Source: Geosiphon pyriformis uo1 (Eukaryota > Fungi > Glomeromycota). Taken from it: 64,000 bases of DNA. Each line of letters begins with the position of its first letter. Position 1 is the first letter of the stretch. The stretch spans positions 62,001 through 126,000 of the forward strand of contig JAAOMT010000276.1 in assembly GCA_016748015.1 (NCBI GenBank). Reading direction: 5' to 3'. Positions 51,601 to 61,848 of the stretch are shown in pieces. A program made the translations under genes and the position numbers. A model generated the notes under the pieces. The model did not search any database. It was not told the origin of the DNA and saw nothing but the letters and a program-made list of their open reading frames with translations.

Positions 51601-53286
51601 TTTCTACAAAGCAGGCACAGAACCAACAGATAGACATGCATTCAACAACACCAAGAGACACTCCATTACCCTCTTACCACTATGTTTCCAAAGTTTATTA
51701 AAGATGCTGGATAAGCCAGCAGCTTTACCATTGGGCAAACTACCAATGACCAAAAGCAACTTATTCAAACTGACTGTACTCATAACATCAGAAAAAGTAT
51801 CATCCTTAATATGGGCCAAGGGAGTATACTGATGGGCCCAAAGGTCTGGCAGTACTGAAGACACCACCCGCCTTCTCATTCAACTCTTCATAATTTTATC
51901 AACCTTCAATTTTACTTCCTCTAGCTCCAAAACAAGCTCATCATCAACAACCAAATGATCCAGAACAACCTTCCAAAAGAGCAGATCTAAAACACTCCTA
52001 ATTATGCTATTTTTGTCAGAACAAAATTTTTCCATGCACTTCTTAATAGCATCCCTGATAGAGGCCTCCTATAACAATTTCAATTTATACATTTTGGATT
52101 TCCTGTATCCTCTCTTAACAATTAATAAAAACTTGAGAATGTCGACCCCTTTTTGACCAGACCAAACCATATCCATCAATACAAGAGCCTTATCAGCATC
52201 TAACATAGACTATTTCTACACAAGGCAATTAAACTCAGAGGTATCAGCCAAGCCAAACTTTTTGACAATTTTGACAATTAGCAACTCCAAGCCCAGAAAC
52301 TTAGATGAATGCTTGTTTTTTGAACACCAAAACTCATTAAACCAACACTGAGAAAATGTTTTATCTGCAGAATCTACCAACACTTTCTTCAGCAACAACC
52401 ACATAATATCTAAATCTAGCTTTGCAGCAGTAACATGAAATTCATCTATTACATCTAAAATTATGGCAGAAGAGCAGTCTCTAAAACGAGACCATCCAGC
52501 ATTATCAGCATTCTTGATATTAAACTTCCAATGATCCTTGTTAGCCTGCTTGCACAAGCTATTCAACCAGACATCTAAGAGTCCACCCAAACCAATAAAA
52601 ACCATAACAGCATTGTGATCAGTGTCAAAAAAGTCCGAAACAGAGCCAACCCTATGGTTAGCAATAGCAGAAACCAAATTCTCACTAACAAAGATAAAAT
52701 TAATGGTCTTTTCAACCCCCCTAGAATTACTTCATGTAGAAGCCCTAACCAAAGGTTGGCCAACCAATAAATTGACTAAACCCAAACCTGAGCAGAATTT
52801 GAAACTTGCACTCCTTCCTGATCCATTTTTGTTGAAGTCACCATCCAGAACAACAAAAGTGCTGGAGTTAACAGCCTTAGCAATAAGAAAATTCATCTCA
52901 GAAGCCTGACCAAAACAAACACCAAAAGAGGCACCAATGTACAAACCAATAACAAAAACTGAAAGTTTATTCCTGAACAAAAGCTGCACAGCAATAACCT
53001 GGCCAGGAACCTCCTCAATCTTAGAAATATGATGAACCAAAGAATTGTTCATGATAATGGCAACACCAGCACTGAGAAAACCAATGTCCAAACCAGAAGT
53101 AAAAATTTGAACACCATCAAATTTATTCTTGATCCAAGGACCAATAAAAGACCTTAATTTTGTCTCAGTAACAAAAGACACTGTCAAACCAGAATTCATG
53201 TGCCAATGAAGAACATTCATCTGCTTTGCAAAAACATTGATATCTCAGACATTACACGTTGCAATTTTCCATATTAAAGCACTCAT
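48620..53286 (-). pseudogene. LINE ORF2 (EN-RT-RNase H-Cys finger)
   Basis: IATCNV, VTETKL, GDFN, DTDH (EN); KAYDS, AFVDN (RT); YTDGS, AELQA, KVKSH..GN..AD (RH); 3' end approximate. Confidence 0.92.
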
Positions 53287-55177
53287 TGAGAAGAAAGAGG
53301 TAAGAAAGAACCCGAATCAGAACACAAAAGATCTAACCTAGCCAAAACAGAATTGACAGAAGCCTCCAGAGCTGACATTTTAGATTCCAAACCACCCATC
53401 TTGGTAGTTAGAACCTTTGAACTACTTAAACTGAAGCCAGCACCCAAATCAGCACTTGGAAGATGAAGAGTGGACAATGCCAACTCACTGTCTAGAGCCA
53501 TATCAGAATCCAAAACAGAGACCAAAGGCACAGAGCCAACCAAAAGAGGAGCATCAGCAGATAGAACTATGGGACCAATTCAACAGAGCTCAATTTCCTC
53601 AAAATACCAGAAACCTGATTAGCCAACAGCTCGAAAAAGCATTCCAAAGACACCAAACAAGCATCCAAAGAAGAATTATTAATTGTAGAAGAAAGAAAAC
53701 CACCACCTAAACCCGAAGTCGCAGGAAGAGAGAAGCCAACACCAAGACCAGAACCAGAAGGAAAGCCACCAGAAGAGGAAGCAAGAGAAACTACCTGAAC
53801 CCATGATTTGCTACCAAAGACAGCAGGGCAAGAGATAGGAACATTTTTCTTTGCATATAATTTGGCCAACTGAAGATGATCCACCCCAGAAGCACATTTT
53901 TTATTAAATGAACTTAAAAGATCAGAAGATGACATATCTGACACATCACACTCTAGAGCTGAATGACCAAGTGCCCACATTTTCTACACCAAACCACATC
54001 CAACCTAGCCCATGAAAGACAAACATCACCAAAAACAGGCTCAATAAGAAAAGCAGAATCAAGATCATTTTCGGATTTGAAGCTAACCATAGCACAACGA
54101 ACTCTATTGCCAGTGTTCAACAAACAATTAATAACACAAGTTTTGCTACCAGTATTATCTAATAGATTACCAAGATCATGGGCAGTTGTCCCCATTGACA
54201 AAGTAAACAAAAGCATCCTAAACCAATCTTTAGACGCCCAAGTTTCATGATCACCCACCACTATAGTCACACGAACCGAGTCCTTACCAATTAGAAAAGA
54301 CCACTTAGCAGCCAAAGACACAGCCTGTTCCAATTCAGCGAATTTTACCACAGTCTTCTGCTATAAACCAATAAGTTGGATTTTAATTAACTTAATTTGT
54401 CCAAACTCGGATACTGTGGTGATGATTATTTCTTTTAGCATATCTATGAGAATTTCCTTGATTATTATGACCCAATCTGAGCAAATTCCTTGTCTCTTAA
54501 GATCACTGTTTACTATGATGTTATTTTCTCTGGCCAATAATGTGGCCTTTTCCATGCTCTCTAATGAAGTAAATGTTGATCAGATGATCCCTTCAAATTT
54601 TGAGGAAGTAGTGGCCCCCCAAAACCATTGATTTTTGAAAAAAGTTTCCTGATCAACTGGGTCTTTGATGTAGCTAATTTTCCTTCCACCGCTGAGAGAT
54701 CAATATCCAAAGCAAAAAATTTCTTGACAGCCACTTCCACAGGAGTTTTAACTATTTTAGAATTGACCCAAATTCTATCTAAAAAAATCTTTTTCTTGAG
54801 TGAGGCCAGGAGGGACTTCACCTTTTCATCCATTTCAAAGTTGGGAGAACCAATAGGAGAACCAAAATTTGCACCAGTATTAACCCTTTTAGTCTTGGGA
54901 GTATTAACAGCCAAATTCAAGAGGAAGCCATCAAAACCACTAGACATACTAATATCTTCATTATCACCAGATAGACTATCCGCATCAGAAATGAACCAGA
55001 TTTCAGAAATATATTTTTCTCATTGCCAGAGTGTTTAACATTGCCAAAAAGTTCTTTTTTCTTCTGAGAAAAAGAACCACCAGCAGGACCATAAAAGACA
55101 CCCTTAGGCGTCCTCTTTTTAGATATGTTGCCACCCAAAGCAGTCTCTAAATTCACAACAAAAGGATTATTAGACAA
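53283..55177 (-). pseudogene. LINE ORF1 (gag-like, zinc knuckle)
   Basis: Fragments 54917, 54561, 54361, 53953, 53567, 53283; C..CG..GH...EC knuckle and coiled-coil end. Confidence 0.85.
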
Positions 55178-56383
55178 AGAAATATTGATAAAGTAATAAC
55201 AAGAAAAACAAAAAAAACTTCTTTTTCAGAAAAGTACTCATTGAGATTTTTTGGATATAAGAGAGAAAGAAGTTTTACATAAAGTTCTAATTAATAATAA
55301 TTAGCAAAAATAGCAAAATTAAAATTTACAAAAACCAATTATTTGGAATTTATAAAATAATTATATAAATATTTCCAAAAAAATTTAGAATTATTCTTTA
55401 ATTATTTTCCTGCAGAATTCATATTTAATTTTACATCAATAAAAAAATTAAATATAATACAAAAAAATTAATTAATATAGAAACTATAAAAATTGATTTT
55501 TACAAAACCATTGTTACGGGATGGTCTTCTTGTTATATTTAATTGCTGATATCCCGCTTTAATTGCAATCAGTCTTTCGTGAGTTCCTCAATTCTATTTG
55601 TGTGATAATGTCACTGTTACACTGAAGGCTTTCTTTTTACTGTTGTGATGTAAGTTATTCTTTAATTCTTGATTGTTGTGTGTGTTTATGTACTCCTTCT
55701 CAGAGGCTAAACTGAAATCTACCCACTGTCTGGGGTCTTTTCTGAGGCTATCCTTGCAATTGCCTGATGTGTTTCTCTAATCTAGAAACANNNNNNNNNN
55801 NNNNNNNNNNNNNNNNNNNNNNNNNNNNNNNNNNNNNNNNNNNNNNNNNNNNNNNNNNNNNNNNNNNNNNNNNNNNNNNNNNNNNNNNNNNNNNNNNNNN
55901 NNNNNNNNNNNNNNNNNNNNNNNNNNNNNNNNNNNNNNNNNNNNNNNNNNNNNNNNNNNNNNNNNNNNNNNNNNNNNNNNNNNNNNNNNNNNNNNNNNNN
56001 NNNNNNNNNNNNNNNNNNNNNNNNNNNNNNNNNNNNNNNNNNNNNNNNNNNNNNNNNNNNNNNNNNNNNNNNNNNNNNNNNNNNNNNNNNNNNNNNNNNN
56101 NNNNNNNNNNNNNNNNNNNNNNNNNNNNNNNNNNNNNNNNNNNNNNNNNNNNNNNNNNNNNNNNNNNNNNNNNNNNNNNNNNNNNNNNNNNNNNNNNNNN
56201 NNNNNNNNNNNNNNNNNNNNNNNNNNNNNNNNNNNNNNNNNNNNNNNNNNNNNNNNNNNNNNNNNNNNNNNNNNNNNNNNNNNNNNNNNNNNNNNNNNNN
56301 NNNNNNNNNNNNNNNNNNNNNNNNNNNNNNNNNNNNNNNNNNNNNNNNNNNNNNNNNNNNNNNNNNNNNNNNNNNNNNNNNNN

Positions 56384-56681
56384 TCAAGTTGCTAAATGTG
56401 TCTGGTGTTAATTCACTTATTTCTATTTCTTCCATTATTAATGTATTGCCCAATGCTATCTCTAATTTTTCAATAACTTTGCTAATAAATTTGTTGTTAT
56501 ATTTGGCAATATTATATGGTTCGAAATTATGTTCTTTTCTTGTTTTTGGATTTTCTATTGTTCTTTTTATGTATGTTATTTTGGAGCTATTAACTGTGAT
56601 TTCTAGATCGGATTTTAATTGTTGTAAGCTTTCAACTAATTGTTGAGTTATATTGTTGATGTTTTCTGGAATAAGTATCAT
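56384..56681 (-). CDS. Element 5 ORF3, N-terminal part (the rest lies in a gap)
   Basis: MILIPENINNITQQLVESL..LEITVN..KVIEKLEIAL..ELTPDTF; homologous to element 1 ORF3. Confidence 0.75.
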
Positions 56682-56774
56682 TGTTTTAATTTTGAATGTT
56701 ATTTTGGAATCTTTTGCATGCGTTTTTATGGTTGTTAAATCATTTTTGCTGTGATCTAAGATTAATTATCTTTT

Positions 56775-58145
56775 CTAATAATGTTCAATTAAAACTATTG
56801 GTTCTAAATCTCGTGGAATTTGTTCTGGTAGAATTAAAGGTAATTGTGTTCCAATTCTGGGTGTTTTTGCTGTTATTACTGGTTTACTGTAATAGAATTT
56901 CAGCCAGTTACCATGTGCTGCTTTTCTTAATATTTTATCATCTAGTCTTAGCTTGTATGCTCCATTTCCAAGTATTTCGTGAATATAAAATGGTCCATCC
57001 CACTTGTGATCAAATTTTCCACTCCACTGTTTTTCCATTTTTGTACGATGCAACAATACTTTATCTCCAATTTTGTAGCTAATTATATTATCTGGTAACT
57101 GGTTATCATGTCTCACTTTTTGTTGTTCTTGTGATTGTTCAATATTTTGTGCTGCTTTTCTTCTTTTGTTTTCTAAAGTTCCCATTAATTCATATGTTCT
57201 TCTAAGTAATGTTTCCTGGAATGTTGCTTCCGTGATAGTGTCACTCGGATAAGTTGGAATAGTAAGTTCAATGGGTAATGTGGCTTTTCTTCCATAAACT
57301 AGTTCGAACGGTGTGAATTGTGTAGTATCTTGTTTTACTGTTCTATATGCTAGTAGTACTGCTGGTATGAACAAATCTCATTCTTTTTCATGTTCGTTAC
57401 TAATTTTCGCCAGTGATTCGCATAATGTGCGATTAAATCTTTCAACTAATCCATTTGTTTGAGAGTAGTATGGTGATGACAGTGGTCACTTGATTCCAAA
57501 TTTTTGGCTAAGTTCTTTTAAGGTGCTGTTTACGAAGTGTGTGCCTTGATCTGATAGTAATTCTTGTGGACATCCATGTCGGCAAATTAAGTCTTCATGT
57601 ACGAATTGAGCTATGGAAATAGCATCAGCTGTTTTAATAGCTCTAGCTTCTGGCCATTTGGTGAGATAGTCCATGGCTACTGCAATATAATGGTTGTTTC
57701 TTGTTGTTATTGGTAAGGGTCCAACTAAATCAATTCCAATTCTGTCAAATGGCTGTTCAACTTTTATTGGTCTTAATAATTCCGTTGTTTTTGCTCCTCC
57801 TCTTCGTTGGCATGGGTCACAATTTCTTATGTATTGGATTATGTCTGAGCTCATTTTTGGCCAATAGTAACAGCTAGTTGCACGTTGGATGGTTGCTGTT
57901 TTTCCAAAGTGGCCTGAATGAATATCTGAGTGCATGTTAAATAAGATAGTTTCTTTTTCATCTGTGGTTATAACTCTTAATGGATTATCTGGATTTTGTC
58001 AATTCCAGTAATAAAGTATGTGATTTTGGATGAAATAGTGTTTTGCTAATTTTTGGAGCTTAATTAGCTCTTTTACTGGCATTTCTTCGTCTATTTGTAG
58101 TGTTTCCAAGTATTGGCTGAGGTTTTTGTAAAGGTGGTTGTTCAT
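56775..58145 (-). pseudogene. Element 5 integrase (stand-alone ORF, a few stops)
   Basis: ATG at 58145; HHCC (HSDIHSGH..CDPC), GIDLVGPL, SDQG, VERFN, WDGPF, PRDLEPIVLI. Confidence 0.93.
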
Positions 58146-58929
58146 TGTTGTTGTGGCGGGTGGGTTGGTGATTTTTATGTGTGTCTCATTCTTAACAAAC
58201 AGTCGGCATTAGCATTTTTGGTACCTTCTTTGTATTTGATAATATAATCGTATGGTGCTAACGTTTGTGACCATCTGGCGTATTTTCCTTTTAGCGCTTT
58301 CTTGTTCTTTAACCAGACCAGACCTCTATGATCTGTCGTAATCTCAAAGGGTTGGTACCGTAAATATGTGTCAAAGTAAACACAACTCCAGACTACTGCT
58401 AAGAATTCANNNNNNNNNNNNNNNNNNNNATATATCAGAGTATTTTAAAATTAATGCTTTTAATTGTCGCTGTTGGTCGGGATCCATTGTTCCAATGTTT
58501 AATTTGGCCAATTCTTCTGGCGTAAATTGATAGCATTCTACCAGTTGTTGCCAATTTATTGAAGTGAGTTCACAGTAGAGGGCGATTTCTGGGAAATTTA
58601 GAATTTCTTGTGGTGTTGACGCGTTTTCTAGCTCCGTTCCGAGGTATCCAATAATGGTATCTTCCGGAATATAGATGGGTTCTTCTGTGGTGTTTGCAAT
58701 AGGAATTTTTATCCATTGAGCTTTATCAGCTGGAATAAAAAGGTTAGTAAGTCCTATGAGAAACTGTTGGCAAGTTTCTGGGTAGGGCTCAAATATTAGG
58801 TCTTTTTCTTTAATTGTCCTTTTTATTCTTATTTCTGATTTTCCATATGGTAGGAGCGTGATGGACCACTCATTTTTAATTACTTCGCCTTTTTCCTCTA
58901 TTGTTTCAGCGAAATTCGCTTCAATTCTT

Positions 58930-59370
58930 TTTCCTGTCGATCCGAAACCAAAAGTTCCTCTCGTTGTTTGTGACAATTCCTCACGATTTTTCACTGGCAC
59001 GAATTTCCCAATTTTTACCAATGGTAGGAAAATTGCTTGTGCAATCTTTTCCTTAGATTCAATGGTATAAGGCTTTTCTGAATTGTTCTGTAGCAAAACC
59101 ATCAAATTTCCGGTGTATCCGGAGTCAATTACTCCTCCTTGAATGCTTATTCCTTTTTTCGCGAGGCTTGATCGCGACGCCATTTGAACCATTATTCCTG
59201 GCAGAATTTCAACCGCTAATTTTAGGTCGATTTTGGTAATGCTCCTGGGTGGTAACGTTGTGGATTGGTCTTCCGGATAACGTAGATCGAATTCGGTGTC
59301 GGTTGGATGGGCTCTTTCGGGTATTATTCCTAAGTGCCTGTTGTCGAAGTATTGGATGTCGGTCACCTGT
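58930..59370 (-). CDS. dut: dUTPase domain of element 5
   Basis: FDLRYP, SRSSLAKKG, GGVIDSGYTG, KIAQAIF, RGTFGFGSTG. Confidence 0.95.
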
Positions 59371-59529
59371 TCTAGGTCGGTATAGGCTACAAATTTTTCT
59401 GACTCGGGACCGTCAGGTGAGTCTTGTTGATTTATTGATTGATTTTGAGACTGCTGATTCTCAATTTCCATTTTTCTTTCTAAGTCCCTTTCGTCTTGAC
59501 ACTCTTCACNNNNNNNNNNNNNNNNNNNN

Positions 59530-60309
59530 CGTTTCGAGGTACTGGAAAATTTTTCACTTTGTCTATTTTTGATGGATCTGGTTTTATTCCATTTTTTCCA
59601 ACTACATGTCCTAAAAATGCTAGCTCATTTTTCCCAAAGAAACATTTTTCTAGATTTAGTTTAAGTCCAGCGTGTCTCAATCTCTCAAAAACTTGTTGTA
59701 AATGTTGGAGATGATCCGTGAATTTTGACGAGAAAACATTTGTATTATCCAAGTAGACAACAACGGATTGCCACAGGATTCCGGAGTAAATTACGTCCAT
59801 TAGTCTTTGGAATGTCGTGGGAGCGTTTGTTAATCCAAATGGCATTATATTGAACTCATAATTGTCATTTTGTGTTGTGAATGCTGTTTTATGCCTGTCC
59901 TTTGGGTCCATTTCCACTTGCCAGTACTCACTGGTCAAGTCCAGTGTAGAAAACCATTTTGCTCCTCCAAAAACATCAAAGATTTCGTCAATTAACGGTA
60001 TTGGGTATGAGTCTTTGGTTGTTTTGCTGTTTAGTTTGCGATAGTCGATGCAAAATCTAATTTTTCCGTTCTTTTTCCTTACTAAAACAACTGGTGAGGA
60101 CCATGGGCTCATTGATGGTTGTATTATTCCTTTTTCCAACATGCTTTGGACTTCTTCTCTGATAAAATTATGCTCCATTGGTGGGACACGGTAAGCGCGT
60201 TGTTTTTCAGGTCTGGCGTCTCCAGTGGGAATTTGGTGTTGAACCAAGTTGGTTCTTCCAAATTCGCCATTTCTTGAAAATATATCAGAGTATTTTAAAA
60301 TTAATGCTT
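59530..60309 (-). CDS. Element 5 reverse transcriptase block (contig misplaced)
   Basis: SPWSSPVVLVRKK, RFCIDYRKLN, MPFGLTNAP, YLDN (eroded YLDD), FLGH. Confidence 0.95.
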
Positions 60310-60329
60310 NNNNNNNNNNNNNNNNNNNN

Positions 60330-61461
60330 ATTTTTCTTTCTAAGTCCCTTTCGTCTTGACACTCTTCACAGCACTGACTTTGGCACGGGATGAGACAGTT
60401 TTCACAGAGGTAAGTGTTGATTTGGGCGAGGTATTGTTCTTGCTCTTGTCGAATGGGGCATAGTTGTTGGTAGTAGTCCTGGAATTCGTCCACTGGATCG
60501 AACATGTTGTAGCTGGCGACTTCGTCGGCTACTTCGGCTGACTCTTTCCAACGTCGTATTTCTTCGGCGGTTCCTCCTCTTACTTTGGCTTGTGTGGTGT
60601 TGTACAATTCGTCCTCGTCGTGTGGGTAGTGCTGTAGTCTTTTTAACACTCTGTTGAACGCTGTTTCGAACGGCGTTCCTCCTCTTACCCAGTCACAGAT
60701 GAGGATCGTGTATTGGCAAGTTGCGTCACACGTTCCTCCTCTGCCTGGTAAGTTGTTCCAGTCGCACCCTCTTGGTAACGGTTCTCCACAAGCGAGGCAC
60801 AGTTCCTCGTCCCATTTTCCGTGTCTTTCTGGGTAACCGTATTTTTCTTTGTTACAACGGTTACAATAGTAGTGGGTGGGGTTTCTTGGGTCTTCGTCTG
60901 GTGCGCTGCACGCAGTCATAGATGAGAGTTTCTTCTTGCAAACTGAGCATTCTAGCTTTGGTCTGCGTCGCTGGTGGTTTCTTCGTGAACTTACCTGGTT
61001 CCATTCGGATCTTTCTTCGCTGGTCCACATTGGTACGACTGGTAGTCCTGTTCTTTGGTCATCAGCCCAAGAGAGCTGATAGGTTTCGATGGCTGGTAGT
61101 GCTGGATTTTCCTCAAATTCGAAGGTAGGTCTTTGGTTGGCGCTGGGTTTTTGGAAGTGGCCACAGGTGGCTGGAATTTTGGCCTGGTGGCCATTATAAT
61201 TGATCAGAAGCTCTTGGGTGGTCCAGTCTAGAGTGGCATTGGCTTTTGTTAGCCAGTCATTCCCTACTAACGCTTGATATTGTGTAGCGTCCATTACTAA
61301 TACTTTTGTAGGTATTACTATGCCGTTAATTTCGAAAGGGAATGAGTCGATTTCGCCATAAGGCAGCTTTGTACTTCCATCGGCTGTTATGATTTGGGAC
61401 GTCGCGGCACGATCAACTTTGAAACCCAGTTGGTTTACTAGTTGAAGCGTTACGATGCTTC
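60330..61461 (-). CDS. Element 5 protease C-terminal half plus Cys-rich multi-zinc-finger domain
   Basis: ALVGNDWL; CSVC, CNRC, CLAC, CDATC, CENC..C...CCEEC. Confidence 0.88.
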
Positions 61462-61848
61462 NNNNNNNNNNNNNNNNNNNNNNNNNNNNNNNNNNNNNNN
61501 NNNNNNNNNNNNNNNNNNNNNNNNNNNNNNNNNNNNNNNNNNNNNNNNNNNNNNNNNNNNNNNNNNNNNNNNNNNNNNNNNNNNNNNNNNNNNNNNNNNN
61601 NNNNNNNNNNNNNNNNNNNNNNNNNNNNNNNNNNNNNNNNNNNNNNNNNNNNNNNNNNNNNNNNNNNNNNNNNNNNNNNNNNNNNNNNNNNNNNNNNNNN
61701 NNNNNNNNNNNNNNNNNNNNNNNNNNNNNNNNNNNNNNNNNNNNNNNNNNNNNNNNNNNNNNNNNNNNNNNNNNNNNNNNNNNNNNNNNNNNNNNNNNNN
61801 NNNNNNNNNNNNNNNNNNNNNNNNNNNNNNNNNNNNNNNNNNNNNNNN

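Larger units (their letters stand above)
48483..55286 (-). mobile_element. Full-length non-LTR retrotransposon (LINE) with APE endonuclease, RT and RNase H; decayed
   Basis: Poly(A) tail at 48483-48495; probable TSD CTAGTTAA (48475-48482) / CTAATTAA (55287-55294); two ORFs. Confidence 0.93.
47675..55511 (+). mobile_element. Eroded Gypsy 5' end (element 4): LTR 47675-48432, PBS, gag start at about 55295-55511; interrupted by the LINE and element 5
   Basis: LTR resembles the element 1 family; TGGTGCT PBS at about 48435; after the LINE, PAEFIFNFYINKKI matches element 1 SAESAFNFYINKKI. Confidence 0.8.

Noticed and set aside
49371-55038. Plus-strand ORFs over the LINE, and antisense ORFs over host genes
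   Set aside because: Shadows of opposite-strand coding sequence
55767-56411. ORFs spanning N runs (also 61413-62182 and 63175-63638)
   Set aside because: Gap artefacts
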